DNA from: Chiloscyllium plagiosum
Lineage: Eukaryota
Reading direction: 5' to 3'
Length of the DNA: 52,335 nucleotides
Assembly: GCF_004010195.1 (NCBI RefSeq)
Contig: NC_057719.1
Coordinates: 52,968,745-53,021,079, forward strand
The notes beneath the pieces are model-generated. The model did no database searches. It was not told the origin of the DNA and saw only the letters and a list, made by a program, of their open reading frames with translations. Position numbers and translations under genes: made by a program. Positions 12,630 to 26,195 of this stretch are shown here, piece after piece (within the stretch, counting starts at the first letter, position 1; every line of letters starts with the position of its first letter).

Positions 12630-13230
12630 CTCAGTGAGCCCTGACTGCATTCTTTGTCTCCTGTAGTAGAACCTGTTTTGATTGTTTGAACTTTAATATT
12701 CTTGCATCTGTCCTCATGAGTGCATGTTGAAAAACTTCGGAAACATATTTCTCTTTTCAATGATATTCCAAAAAGTATTAGATACCAAGACAGAAATACA
12801 TGAAATGGAATATTAATAATTTTACTGACCAACTTCCAGAAACTTGCTCCAAAGATCACTAAATTTAAGACCAGTAAATTTCTGAGTTGGGTCCTTTACT
12901 GGTATATGTACTGACATGTTTGATTTCTGATGTGCACTACACCAAGGCATTCCACGGATTACCAAGACATCTTCATGGCAAGCTAACATTGTTCGATGGT
13001 ACATTTCTTGGGACAGATTATCAGTGTCCATCAATGGTAAAAACTCACTCCATATCCTTCCACTCATCCCTCTTAAAGCCCCATCACCTCTTTCCTCCCC
13101 CTACAAGTACGCACAAAGAATCAAATAACCATCTTTGTCTCAATAATGGACTTCTTCAAGATCAACAGTGTATGTTGTGAACCTCTCTGACTCGAGTGTT
13201 CGATTACAATTCTGCCATGCCTCATTGATT
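12630..13230 (-). pseudogene. Ig-domain remnants (two to three domains)
   Basis: NTRVREVHN; EEVHY*DKDGYLI...RGDGAL; NNVSLP*RCLGNPWNALV*; KIINIPFHVFLSWYL. Confidence 0.55.
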
Positions 13231-13744
13231 AAGCCCAGGTTTTTATCCCTGGGTTAGGAGCACAGAGACAGGACATTTGATAGCTCTGTGTATCTGGCCC
13301 AGGAAAAAAAGTGACTCACAAGGTAAATGATTTGCTCAAGGATACTGGTGTTCCTTGGGCAGTGGCTAAGTGACCCCAAAATGTCAATGAAGACTGTTGA
13401 TTATAATTTTTTTTTTATTCATTCATGGAATGAGGGCATCACTGGCTAGGTGACTGTAGGCAAATGTGGGCAATAGGCTTGCCCCTTTGCATCAGCTTAA
13501 TACTGTAGTTTATTAAAAAGCGAATTGAAGCATTCTTCCAGCCCTCCTCCAAATCAACCAACACTCCCCATGTAGCCCATATTCTCCCTGACATCCTGTG
13601 ATCCTCGAGGCATCCTAAATGATCCATGTAACTCCATGCAATCCCATTTCCCCTGCACTTGCCTTCATGGTCCCTCATATTCCCTGTGCTAACAAATGGC
13701 ATTGTATACATCTTCCTGGCCTTTTACTGTCCTGATGCCAAGTT

Positions 13745-16578
13745 GCACTTATTTCAATGCAAGGGGCCTAACAGAGAAGGCGGATGAAATCAGGGCATGG
13801 TTAGGAACATGGGACTGGGATATCATAACAAAATTATAGAAATGTGACTCAGGGATGGACAGGACTGGCAGCTTAATGTTCCAAGATACAAATGCTACAG
13901 GAAGGACAGAAAGGGAGGCAAGAGAGAAGGGGAAGTGACATTTTTGATAAGGGATAGCATTACTACTGTGCTGAGGGAGGATATTCCTGGAAATACATCC
14001 AGGGAAGATATTTGGGTGGAACTGAGAAATAAGAAAGGGATGATCACCTTATTGGGATTGTATTATGTACCCCCTAATAGTCAGAGGGAAATTGAAAACA
14101 AATTTGTAAGGAGATCTCAGTTATCTGTAAGAATAATAGGGTGGTTATGGTTGGGGACTTTCCAAACATAGACAGCCATAGTGTTAAAGGTTTAGATGAA
14201 GAGCAATTTGTTAAGTGTGTACACGAAAATTTCCTGATTCAGTATGTGGATGTACCTACTAGAGAAGGTGCAACACTTGACCTACTCTTGGGAAATAAGG
14301 TAGGGCAGGTGATTGAGGTGTCAGTGGGGGAGCACTTTGGGGGCCAGCGACCATAATTCTATTAGTTTTAAAACAATGATAGAAAAGGGTAGACCAAATC
14401 TAAAAGTTGAAGTTCTAAATTGGAGGAAGGCCAATTTTGACGATATTAGGCAAGAACTTTCGAAAGCTGATTGGGGGCAGATGTTCACAGGTAAAGGGAC
14501 GGCTGGAAAATGGGAAGCCTTCAGAAATGAGATAACGAGAGTCCAGAGAAAATATATTCCTGTCAGGGTGAAAGGAAAGGCTGGTAGGTATTGGGAATGT
14601 TGGTTGATGAGAGAAATTGAGGGTTGGTTAAGAAAAAGAAAGAAGCATATGTCAGGTATAGACAGGATAGTCTAGTGAATCCTTGGAAGAATATAAAGGC
14701 AGTAGGAGTTAAGAGAGAAATCAGGTGGGCAAAAAGAGGACATGAGATAGTGTTGGCAAATAGAGTTAAGAATGATCCAAAGGGTTTTTAGAAGTACATT
14801 AAGGATGAAAGGGTAACTAGGGAGAGAATAGGGCCCCTCAAAGATCAGCAAGGTGGCCTTTGTGTGGAGCCCCAGGAGATGGGGCAGATACTAAATGAGT
14901 ATCTTGCATCAGTATTTACTGTGGAAAACGACATGGATGATATAAAATGTAGGGAAATAGATGGTGACATCTTGAAAAATGTCCATGTTACAGAGGAGGA
15001 AGTGCTTCAAACGCATGACTGTAGATAAATCCCCAGGATCTGATCAGGTGTACCATAGAACTCTGTGGGAAGCTAGGGAAGTGATTGCTGGGCTTCTTAC
15101 TGAAGTATTTGTATCATTGATATTCACAGGTGAGGTGCTGGAAGACTGGAGGTTGGCTAATGTGGTGCCACTATTTTAAAAAAGGTGGTAAGGACAAGCC
15201 AGGGAACTATAGACCAATGAGCCTGATGTCGGTGGTGGGCATGTTGTGGGAGGGAATCCTGAGGGACAAGATATACATGTATTTGGAAAGGCAAGAACTG
15301 ATTAGGGATAGTCAACATGGCTTTATGCCTGGGAAATCATGTCTCACAAACTTGATTGAGTTTTTTGAAGAAGTAACAAAAAGGATTGATGAGGGCAGAG
15401 CGGTAGATGTGATCTATATGGACTTGAGTAAGGCGTTTGACAAGTTCCCCATGGGAGACTGATGAGCAAGGTTACATCTCACGGAATACAGGGAGAACTA
15501 GCCATTTGGATACAGAACTGGCTCAAAGGTAGAAGACAGGGGGTGGTGGTGTGGGATTGTTTTTCAGACTGAAGGTCTGTGACCAGTGGAGTGCCACAAG
15601 GATCAGAGCTGGGGGCACTAGTTATCATCTTTTATATTAATGATTTGGATGTGAACATAGGAGGTAAAGTTGGTAAGTTTGCTGATGACACCAAAATTGG
15701 AGGTGTCGTGGACAGTGAAGAAAGTTACCTCAGACTACAACAGGATCTTGATCAGATGGGCCAATGGGCTGAGAAGTGGCAGATGGAGTTTAATTTAGAT
15801 AAATGTGAGGTGCTGCATTTTGGGAAAGCAAATCTTAGCAGGACTTATACACTTAATGGTAAGGCCCTAGGGAGTGTTGCTGAACAAAGAGACCTTGGAG
15901 TGCAGGTTCATAAGTCCTTGAAAGTGGAGTCACAGGTAGATAAGATAGTAAAGAAGGCATTTGGTATGCTTTCCTTTATTGGTCAGAGAACTGAGTACAG
16001 GAGTTGGGAGGTCATGTTGCGGCTGTACAGGACATTGGTTAGACCACTGTTGGAATATTGCGTGCAATTCTGGTCTCCTTCCTATCGGAAAGATGTTGTG
16101 AGGCTTGAAAGATTTACAAGGATGGTGCCAGGGTTGGAAGACTTGAGCTATAGGGAGAGGTTGAATAGGCTAGAGCTGTTTTCCCTGGAGCATCGGAGGC
16201 TGAAGGGTGACCTTATGGAGGTTTACAAAATTATGAGGGGCATGAATAGGATAACTAAACAAAGTATTTTTCCCTATGGTGATGGAGTCCAGAACTAGAG
16301 GGCATAGGTTTAGGGTGAGAGGGGAAAGATATAAAAGAGACCTAAGGGGCAACATTTTGACTCAGAGGGTAGTACGTGTATGGAAAGAGCTGCCAGAGGA
16401 AGTGGTGGAGGCTAGTACAATTGCAACATTTAAAAAAGCATTTGGATGGATATATGAATAGGAAGGGTTTGGAGAGATATGAGCCAGGTGGGACTAGATT
16501 GCGTTTGGATATCTGGTCGGCATGGATGAGTTGGAGTGAAGGTCTGTTTCCATGCTGTACAGCTCTATGACTCTATGG
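13745..16578 (+). mobile_element. CR1 LINE, most of ORF2 (APE endonuclease and RT), frameshifted
   Basis: VGDFP, LDLLLGN, SDHNSI, KSPGSD, PGNYRP, QHGF..GKSCLTNL, GVPQGS, FADD; ctctatgactctatg tail. Confidence 0.97.
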
Positions 16579-17004
16579 TTCCCAGCTCAAACCATTCAAT
16601 ACACCCAGTCTGTCAAGTCATTGCAAATTATCGTTTATGCCCCAACTCACCCACCATCCATCATGGACAGACCTTAAGACCCATGCACAGAGCCAAATAA
16701 AGTTCTATGTAAAAGTTCTAAGTTGTATACTGCACTCCGTTGAGAACAACAATCTCATAAAATATGTATTTACTACATTTCAATTCATTTATCTTGAAAA
16801 ACCCTTTTAAAGATAAACATTGAATTCAAATGTAAGAAGCACTGGGATTGACATCCCAACATCAAAGAAACCCACTTGTGGCTGCCAATCAATTTGAAAA
16901 GAAGGACATCTCACTGTGAGAATGGATTGTTGTGAAATTTCTCATGCATCAGCTATGTAGATCCTCAGATTTGTGATAAACTCCATGTGTGTTTGAAAGT
17001 TTCA

Positions 17005-17162
17005 TGATGTGGAGGACCTGGTGTTGGACTGGGGTGGACAAAGTTTGAAAGTCACATCACATCAGGTGAGAGTCCAACAGGGTTATTTGGAAGTACTAGC
17101 TTTCCGAAGTACTGCTCCTTCATCAGGTGGTTCCAAATAAACCTTTCGGATTATAACCTGTT
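17005..17162. mobile_element. Penelope pLTR stub (second family) with short inverted arm and minus-strand hammerhead
   Basis: Minus cac-CTGATGA-aggag...GAAAgcta-gt at ~17095-17129; ttccaaataaacc inverted arm follows. Confidence 0.75.
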
Positions 17163-17164
17163 TT

Positions 17165-17620
17165 TGAAATTTTCATGTCAGTTTGACAGTTCTTTGACAG
17201 TTTGCCAATGGGTTTACATTCTAGGGACATTTTCCATCTACTTTTAACAACTTCAAAGAATACCTGATGTGACAGAACCTCTTCCCCCATCTTCTCAAAG
17301 TGCACATGAAGCCCCTAATGGTAATTTACTTTGCACACAAATAAAGTGTCCTGGGACTACCTCAATATGGGTCACCAAACTCCCAAAGGGATACCTTAGC
17401 TAACTAGCAAAAATTATCTGAAACAGACCGACTCTGATCTGGTCAATTATGTGCGTTCAAGATTCCAGGTAGCACAAATACCAAAATCAGATCTGAGTAG
17501 GGATAGCTGATCATTGAATTGGCCAGTTGCTTCCACAGGCCATACACTACATTAAGGTTAGGTCATCCCTAAATCTGCCTCAGTAAAATCGTAAATGATA
17601 CATTTGAGAGTGGGACATCC
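17165..17620 (-). pseudogene. Ig-domain remnants
   Basis: EADLG/DDLTL/CS (~17545-17582); PFGSLVTHIEVVPGHFICVQ (17331-17390); FEVVKSRWKMSLECKPIGK (ORF 17123..17305). Confidence 0.6.
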
Positions 17621-18061
17621 AATTTTCAGAGATTTACACTGCACTGGAATGGTCCTCACTGCATTGAAAATCTTATGTGATATATTCATATTTCTATTTT
17701 AGAATGTCTTCTAGGAGCCAGACCAGATCCAATGACCCATCACCTATATCAGTTTAGGAATTATCAATTGTTCAGTCGAAAAGTCACAGAAATGAGCTGG
17801 AGTAATGAGGCAGGCATAAAATTCCATAAATTTGAATGTTTTTAAAAAGAGAGAAATGTTTTAAAGCTGGTTATCTTGCCTTCATCAGGAAATAAAATGC
17901 AAGAATTTCAACTTTGAAACAATCATCACAATTACAGGAGAAAAGTAGTGCTGATTGTTTGCAAGTTGAATTTGACTGGATGAATTATTGCCTTGGAGAA
18001 GATAATGGGAAATTATCGGCTTCTCAAGCTCTTCAGTCATTAAAGAACATGCATAACTTGA

Positions 18062-18500
18062 ATTGGAGGTGCCGATATTGGACTGATGTATACAAAGTTA
18101 AAATCAGACATCACCAGGTTATAGTCCAACAGGTTTATTTGGAATCACTAGCTTTCAGAATGCTGCTCCTTCATCAGGTGGTTGTGGCGTATAAGATCGC
18201 AAGACACAGAATTTATAGCAGAAGTTTACAGTGTGATATTACTGAAATTATATATTGAAAAAGACCTGGATTATTTAAGTATCTCATCTTTTACAATGAC
18301 CATGTTGGTTTCAGTACTTTCATATGTAAATCCCAGAACTTTTTTAAAGTTACATTCTTAAATGAACTTTGAAAAGTGAACTTTCTCAAATTAACACTAG
18401 GTGCCATGTCGGCCCAGACAATGCATTGAAGGTGTGAGGTGCCCTGTGTGAGGCTGTCTGTGCCCCAATGTTCAGACTGATTCTAATATAATCTAAAAAT
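18062..18500 (-). mobile_element. Penelope-like element 3' region with hammerhead
   Basis: Same family as 17005-17162. Minus cac-CTGATGA-a-ggagcagcattct-GAAAg-cta-gtg at 18146-18180. Confidence 0.8.
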
Positions 18501-18582
18501 AACTTGAAGGTATTTATTTTGTTTACAGAGAATGGGTCTGCGTGACTGCTTCTTTCCAGTAAGTATAAATGAAGCACCTTAC

Positions 18583-18760
18583 GGAAAACAAAAGGGAAAC
18601 AACTGCAGGCACTGGAAATCTGAGACAAAAAACTGCAATTGCTGGAGAAACTCAGCTCAACTTCTGAAGAAGTTTTGCTGGACCTGAAACATTGGCTTTC
18701 CTATTTCATCACAGATGCTGTCAGACTTGCTGGGATTCTCCAGCAATTTCTGCTTTTGTT
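18583..18760. mobile_element. Palindromic Penelope pLTR stub
   Basis: aattgctggagaaactcagc versus gctgggattctccagcaatt; degenerate ctgaaga...gaaac. Confidence 0.8.
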
Positions 18761-19439
18761 TGAGGCACATTTTAAATTTCAATGGTTATCTTAAATTGCA
18801 TGTTAGTACAGCTACTTGCATACTCAAACTTTCAGCAAGAGATGCTCAATTATAGTATCACATTGTAAAGGGAAAATATTGGGTTTGGCAAGAGTCAACC
18901 CCCATATCAGTTTATTTGGGATGATTAACAAAATTTTAAATGGAGTAAGCAATTAAATGAGAAAGAATTAGGGAACTAAGTGGGTAAGAAGAAGTTGATT
19001 CATTAAGTAAGATTCATTATACAATTTATTTTATTCTTACTCAAGAAAGGTTAAAAGAAACACCCAAGCAAGCTCAAAATGGTGTTGATATAGCAGACTG
19101 CCAGACTCAACTAATTTCCTATTCATGTCAGTACATTCCCCTCAATTCCATGGATTAGCTAACAGTCTCTTGTGGGGACTTTGAGAGAGTAGCACAGAAA
19201 ATAGTGAGATTAGATTTAGATTAGCGATTTTAAGCAACCTTCTATATTTGATATGTGTAAAACAAATTATTTGGCTGATCCAGAACATTTTGGAATTCAG
19301 ATAATGTACTATCTATGCACCTTAAAAGGAAAAGACATCAGATGTTTCTCAATGAGAGCATCTCACCATGCTCAGCTTGCTTGCTCCTAAATCAGGAAGC
19401 CCATCTATTAGATGGGGCTAATTGAGGATGAATTCCCTG

Positions 19440-19690
19440 CTGAGGTACAGGCAGTGTAGTTACTTGAAGGGCTGTAATGGATCCTTGTGTAACAAAGCTC
19501 TCCACTCAGTATTCCCAGTGCCACAGCCAGAGATATGAGTAGTCTGCCTCCATCTCCTCCAAGAAGTGGGTGTTTTCAGCATGGAGATGAGAGTAGATTG
19601 TAACATGGGCAACACCTGTATTATGGGGACTTCCATCTGGATGTGAATTGGGCAGATCAATTGAGTACTCAAGTTATGGTCACTAAGTTT
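19440..19690 (-). pseudogene. Ig-domain remnant
   Basis: NLSTQLICPIH, then in a shifted frame HLHAENTHFLEEMEADYSY (EDEADYYC-like). Confidence 0.5.
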
Positions 19691-19699
19691 CTGGGGTTT

Positions 19700-20050
19700 G
19701 TTCAAGTTTTTTTACAGCAATATGTTGAGGAGCCAACTCGAGGACAGACCATTTTAGATCTAGTATATTTAAAAAGGGCTGGTTTACAATCTTGTCATAA
19801 AAGAATCTTTAGGGATGTGTGATCACAATATGATAGAATTTTACATTGGTTTTGAAAATGAGCTAGCTCATTCTGAATCAAGTGTGTTCAGATTGAATAA
19901 AGCGGATTATGAAGGCTTGAGGCACAGATAGCTGGAGTAGATTTGGAAGGTGCTACAAAAGTCATGGACAATGGATGGTCTTTAAAGAACTGTTATATGA
20001 CTTGCAGAAACTTTATAACCCTTCAAAGTGCAAACACTCAACAAACCAGA
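19700..20050 (+). mobile_element. Old CR1-group LINE endonuclease fragment
   Basis: QQYVEEPTRGQTILDLV ... LGMCDHNMIEF. Confidence 0.75.
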
Positions 20051-20057
20051 GTTCTTT

Positions 20058-20522
20058 TAGGAACACAGGAACAGGAGTAGGCCATTCAACCCCTCGGGCC
20101 TGCCCTGCCATTCAATAAAATCATGTCTGATCTGTGGTCTAACTCCAAATGCTTAATGAAAATTTGACTGTCTCAAATTTAAATTTAACAGCTAAATTAG
20201 CATTGACCATCATTTGAGGAAGAGAGTACCAAACCCCCACTACTTCTTGTACTTCAAAGCACATTCTAACATCCTTCATGAATGGACTGACCCTAATTTT
20301 TAGTCTCTACTCCTGAGTTCTAGAATCTCCAAACAGTGGCAATAGTTTATCTACACCCTGTCTTTCCCTGTTAATATATCCTGAAGACATCGATTGGATC
20401 ACTCCTTAACCATCTAAATTTTAGAGAATAAAGGCCTAGTTTCTCCTCATAACTTGACCTCTGAAATTCAGGTACCATCCTGAAGCATTGAACTCCCTCC
20501 AGGGCCAAACCATCTTTCTTAA
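20058..20522 (-). mobile_element. CR1 LINE 3' fragment
   Basis: LEGVQ..RMVPEFQRSSYEE.LGLYSL; gagtaggccattcaaccc tail. Confidence 0.8.
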
Positions 20523-20989
20523 GCCCAGACCTGAGAGGTACCACATATTCTCCCTGTTGGGCCCTGCAGTGAGTCACAAAAAGAATGAGAGGCATGGTGA
20601 CCTTTAAAGCCACAGGAATGGGATATCCATGTGTGAAGCTTGGCTGTTGGTCATTACTAGTTAGGGGATCAATGTGGGTGAGAATCGTCTTTGAGAGATG
20701 CAGTCTCCTCCTGGACTGTTGCCCTGGAATAGTAGCCTACCCTTGTGTGCCGAGTGATTGGGCATTCCCCAGTCCCTCTAAGACTCCATCGTGCTGTTTG
20801 AAATGAGCCCCTTGCCACTATGTTTCATAGCACACAACAGTTTTCAGATGATATGGAGCTTGGAAATAGATTTAAACATCGCTTTAGCTTCTCTCTTAAT
20901 ACTATTACTTCTTGATGATTGGGTGTGATTTCTGAACCCTCCTTTGCATCCTCCTTGCTATAGATCATGGGCATCAAAAAGAAACTTCA

Positions 20990-21400
20990 TATATTAAAGG
21001 CATGGTGAACTTACCCACACCACTGAAGTCCTCATCTCACATCTCAGTTAACCTGGTGTAGTTTCCACCAGCTTCTAGATCTGTCCAGCTTAGATGGAAA
21101 TACCATGAGGAATGAAAAGCAAATTTCTTCATGTCCTTCAAATGATGATTCCCATATCTCTGCATGGATTCATTGGATCACAACCACCATGTATTTTGTG
21201 CCAGGGAAAATGGCATCTATTGGGAAATGGTTCATAGCTATGATTGTCCTCTGATATCATTTTGCTCAGTGTTGGTTGGAGACAATTCACCCTGCTATTT
21301 TTCAGATTGTCTTTCAACGAAGGAGCATCTTCTACGCTGTGTAGATCTGCATGAGCAGTAAAGAATTCAGTCCATATTAAATAACCTAAATCATTAATAT
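20990..21400 (-). pseudogene. Ig-domain remnants
   Basis: NSLLLM/DLHSVEDA (~21322-21370); IPHGISI*AGQ/LEAGGNYTR (~21050-21113); possible donor gg|gtaagt near 21013. Confidence 0.55.
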
Positions 21401-22209
21401 GTTATTTGAAATAAAGAATTTTTCACTCATTGACTTTTTGTGTCGTTACTGTATTCATAAAAACATAGGCATGTTCATAGTCTGACTTTGAGTTAGTCAT
21501 TTAACAAAAAAAACTATGCCAGCCCCTTGCTTATAGGCAATGAATTTTATGCGATCAGTCATATCAAATGTTGATATTGGAAATTAGTTAAGTCTCTATG
21601 TACCACAAATTATAATAATCAGTTCAAATAGGTATTGCATGATGATATATATTGAATTAATCTCAATGATTTCATGTTCAGATAGTTAGCAATTTTAAGG
21701 AGATCATGTTCTCTAAGGAAATTCTTATCTACTTAATTTTCAACATGAATGTAATTATTTGCAGACTTACACATGCACACTTACTATTCCCATAAATATC
21801 AGAATCCTTAGATGATTAACACATGATAAACATCTATTAGTAAAAGACTTATGTGCATGATAGCTCTTAATTAACTCTGAAGGGGTAAAGCTGTACAAAG
21901 CTCTTAGGGAAATGCTGAAAATTTGAGATTAAATTCATTGCAAGGCAACAACTCTTAAAATTCTAACCATGTTCAACTCTGCTATGTAAGGCTGAAACAA
22001 TTATAATGATACCAATGGGCATTCCATTACTGATAGTAATAGCACAGTGTGGGTGGAGTGAAAACTAAGTTACAATCTACACTCAACTACAACTCCTATA
22101 AGGAATTGTATGACTTTGAAGTCTAAATCTGAAGTCAGTTCTTGATTTTACATACTCAACTAGTCTGCCTTGAACCCAAACTCATAGTGTGACATCAAAA
22201 CCATACAAT

Positions 22210-22345
22210 GCAAAAGAGTGAAAAAAGAACTACAGATGTTGAAGATCTGAAACAAAAGAAAACAGAAAATACTGGAGAAAGTCAGCAGATCTTGCAGCAA
22301 CTGTTAATGCTTCGAGCTCCATGTGTCTTTGTCAGACAGGTCAGA
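22210..22345 (-). mobile_element. Degraded Penelope pLTR stub
   Basis: aaagaactacagatgttgaagatctgaaacaaaa...actggagaaagtcagcag, same family as 1790-1945. Confidence 0.65.
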
Positions 22346-22704
22346 CTAAAAGAACATGTGGATATATTTGCACAAACATTTGTAATGATTGGCATTGCAA
22401 GTTATAAATGGATGACAGTTTGCTATAATAACATGTCTGTTGCAGTTGGTAATACTTCATGACAACACAAGCACTGTTTCTTGTATATTGCTCCAAAATG
22501 AACAAGATTTTAAAAAAAGAGATCTTGATTGCCACTTTTTGATTTGGGATTGTGTCCTTTGGCTTTTTTTTAAACATGAAATTCCTAATCATTTCCAAGT
22601 GACTTGGATCTTGGTTGTGTTAAGGTTTTCTGTGAAAACAGTATTTATAGCTATGACAACAAGCTAGCTTGTTTCCTTGACTCTTCCTTTTTCCTGACTG
22701 CCTC

Positions 22705-23315
22705 TTAGAATCAAAGAGGTATATGGATGTACAGCATGGAAACAGACCCTTTGATCCAACTCATCCACGCCGACCAGACATCCTAAATTAATCTCGTCCC
22801 ATTTTCCAGCATTTGGCCTATGTCCCTCTAAACCCTTTGTATTCATATACCCTTCCAGATGCCTTTGAAATGTTGCAGTTGTACCAGCCTCCACCACTTC
22901 TTCTGGCAGCTCATTCCATACATGCATCACCCTCTGCATGAAAATGTTGTCCCTTAGATCCTTTTAAATCTTTCCCCTGTCACTCTAAATCTATTCCCTC
23001 TAATTCTGGACTCCCCCACCCTGGGGAAAAGACCTTGTCTATTTACCCTATTCATGCCTCTCATGATTTTATGAAGTTCTATAAGGTCAACCCTCAGCCT
23101 CCGATGCTCCAGGGAAAATGACCCAAGCCTACTCAGACTCTCCCTATAGTTCAAACCTTTCAGCCCTGACAACTTGCATATAAGCCTTTTCTGAAGTCCT
23201 CCAAGTTTCACAACATCTCTCCAATAGCAGGGAGACCAGAATTGAATGCAGTATTCCAAAAGTGGCCTAACCAATGTTCTGTACAGGCGCAACATGACCT
23301 CCCAACTGCTATACT
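22705..23315 (-). mobile_element. CR1 LINE 3' fragment
   Basis: MLRLYRTLVRPLLEYCIQFWSP... Confidence 0.95.
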
Positions 23316-23684
23316 TCTGCCAACATTTTCCTCACAGTCTCATTAACACAAACATGAATCCCTTCCTTTATACCCTTTCAGTTCTGTAGCCAATTTTGAA
23401 TTGCGTGTGATGATACAAAAGTCACTTGCAAGAAATCTTAAAGAAAATGACTGCCTGATTGTAAAATAGATGCCAGTTATTGATTAGATACACATATCGG
23501 AATGTGGGTAATTAATGCATCCTACAAACTTTAAAGGGCCCCAAGTTAGAGTTTATTGATTGGTTATCTGTCTTTTGTAAAGACTTTAAAATTTTCTTTT
23601 GAATAAGTGCAAACTGTACATCAATGTGATAAGTTGAAAAGCAGATTTGAAATATCAAATATGTCTCAGTTAATAAATTAAAAT

Positions 23685-23815
23685 GAAAAAAAACTTAGGA
23701 TGCTGTAAATCAGAAACAAAAACAGAAAATGCTGGAAAAGCTCTGTGCGTCCTGCAACAGCTGTGGAGAGAAATCAGAGTTAAAGTTTCGGGTTGCGTGA
23801 TACTTCCTCAGAAAG
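23685..23815 (-). mobile_element. Penelope pLTR stub
   Basis: Minus ctgaggaag...cccgaaac..taactct hammerhead remnant at the element boundary. Confidence 0.75.
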
Positions 23816-24715
23816 TGCTAATTATTTCTTGGCATGCCCAATATAGTGGTTACTGAATTAACATGCAACTACTGAGATTTCTGAAATTTGTAAGGCCATT
23901 GGTAAAGTTTCAGATTAGTGCCATGATATACAAGTTTCCTTTAATCTGCTGCCCAAAACTCGATATGGAATATGTCACAATAAAACAAAGAAGTCCTATT
24001 TCTTATCTCATCATCTGCTGATTAATCAGATATTTCATATAACTATACCATGCATCTACAAAGAAATCCACATCCATTGGAAAAGTTCCCAATATGTGAC
24101 TCAGGCAGGTAGATGTGGCACCGATATCATTACTGGGCATCATACCAGCCAGAACAGAAGAGCCATGAATCAATCATCCTTAGTAATTGGGAACCAAGCT
24201 GGGCATTTTAGATAAGAAAACTGACAGGTAAATGACTGCTTGATATTGCTCAGTATCTATTTCACAGAAAGTATGGAGTTATATCTTGGTTTATGATTCC
24301 TATGCTAAATCCCATAAAGTCTTTCAGAGAGAAAAATAAAGCCATGAGAACAGTCACACACTATTCCATGAATATGTTAAAAGAGAAGTTTAGTGTTAAT
24401 AAAAAGTATAAAACATGTTGAGACATTTTCGACTTTATAGACATCAGATAAGTGTAATTGTTTGTGCCATCTTTCATGATAGATTCACTTATAACTACAC
24501 AATCTTCATCAATCAACCTTTGGAACTTTGCTAAGAGTAAGTATGCAATTAACACATTGTGTTTCATGCTCCTTGGTTACCCAAAGCTGACTTGCTTGAA
24601 GCAGTTGATAACTTAAATGGCTAGCTGCCTTCACGAGCCACATGTGAACAAATTCCAAACTGATTCCACTCCCAGCTCTACAAAAATGGGTGTTGTTGTT
24701 GTTGTTGGACAGAGT

Positions 24716-24934
24716 GTAGTGATTGCAATGACATCAGCCAGGTGGATCTCATAGAATCTGAGTTCTCAGATTGGGACTGTTAAACTGGTCCAACCTAGCT
24801 GGCATATATAAACAAAAGAATCATGGGTTTGTTTACTCTTAGAGCTGAATCTGTGCTAGCTGGGTCATGCACTATGAACATGTAAATAAAGGGTGACTTG
24901 GTGATGGGATACTGGCCTTTATGGGGGTATTTCA
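24716..24934 (+). mobile_element. Solo LTR (Gypsy-like, ~220 bp)
   Basis: TG...CA ends, tatataaa at ~24805 and aataaa at 24885; inserted between two Ig remnants. Confidence 0.65.
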
Positions 24935-25134
24935 GGAAGTGTCTTGAAATTTCTGGTCTATTTTCATTGTGATAGAGAAGCTGTCCATCATGGTGAAAAT
25001 CCAGGCCTTAACATTCAACAAACTGGCCATTCTGTTTGCTTTGCACAGCTTTCAATTCCTCTCCTTAAGTCTAAGGGGTGCCGTCATGAAAACATGTACC
25101 TTTGTTTGAGCATTTAAAAATGGGCAATAAATGT

Positions 25135-26195
25135 TATATTGACAATATTTTTGCCTTCTCCTGTCCGAATGGATTTGTTCGACTCATTCATAAGTGGATA
25201 GAAATGATGATAATGGTTTATCCTGGATTATAAATGCCAGACATCATATATTCCATTGTTTCATTAGAATTAAACAAGGGTCTGGGTTGCTTCTGCCCAG
25301 TGTTAGATTGAGTTATGTAACCTGTGATGACCACAATCCATGAATTAACAAAACAATACTTGTACACTCATAATGTTGTGGGACTGGGGTTGAAGAATAC
25401 TGCTGAGTGCAAAAGACAAGGTTTATTTTATAACCAGGCATTCTGATTTTGCTGGTCTTGACATTGATTTTAAATATCCCTCATCAGGCATTCGCCTTGA
25501 TAAACTGTATAAATCTAAATTATAATTAAGTTGTTGGCTTTCTTGCATGCCGTTTGACCACAGGTAGAAAAAATGCCACCTGACTTCCTCAAATGATGAT
25601 TACTTTTCTAGCTCCTTCAATAAACCTGATGATTCCAGCCAATTTCTTTTAATTAGAAGTTCCACGTACTGCCTTGTAATCTCAGTTACGAATTTCTACA
25701 AATGCATTCCCCAAATTGAATGTGATGTCAGTTAGAAATGAGCCATATAAAATCTCTGTTTTCCCAGCCAGTCAATAACTATTGATGATTTGAGGCTGTA
25801 ACTCATTTCATAAATCTAAGTGGAATTAAATGAAGCACCATCAATCTGTTTGGAGCAACAGAGTGTTATCAGAAAAAGTGAAGTGTCAAATTTTAGCCGC
25901 GTTTCTTGTACAAGTTGTAATTCTACTGTTGGTGAAAGTTTAGTTGTGGTGGTGAAGCTCATTCTTCAGATCGCATTGACAGTATCCATTGACCTGTTGC
26001 TATCTCAATGGATTTGTTTAACTAGATCAGAACTGGATAGAAAAAGTGATGATAATAGTTTATTCTGGACAATAAATGTCAGACCTCATATACTCCAACA
26101 TTTTGTGAGAATTAAACAAACATTTATGTTGCTTCTGAACAGTGTTAGATTGAGATGAAAGTTGTGTTGCCACTGCTTACAATCACAAATGTCGG
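25135..26195. repeat. Diverged internal direct repeat with ~840 bp period
   Basis: 25168-25312 aligns with 26007-26154 (about 80% identity by manual count, one 3-nt indel); weaker similarity extends on both sides. Confidence 0.9.

Noticed and set aside
12830..13100. Apparent intact minus-strand exon (ttgtag|GGG...GTTG|gtcagt; GEERGDGALRGMSGRIWSEF...)
   Set aside because: No recognisable protein, and Ig motifs run across the supposed acceptor (Y*DKDG upstream in the same frame) and into other frames, which fits the decayed Ig gene better.
15579..16298. Longest ORF (239 aa) as a functional reverse transcriptase
   Set aside because: It is one piece of a frameshifted, stop-containing CR1 ORF2.
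25168..26154. Alternative genetic code (TAA=Gln, TGA=Trp) suggested by CAG/TAA and TGG/TGA pairs between the repeat copies
   Set aside because: These are ordinary transitions, and the region also has many frameshifts, so decay is sufficient.
25820..26158. 112-aa plus-strand ORF
   Set aside because: No domain recognised; most likely an antisense shadow of the minus-strand fossil. The paralogous copy has a stop in this frame.
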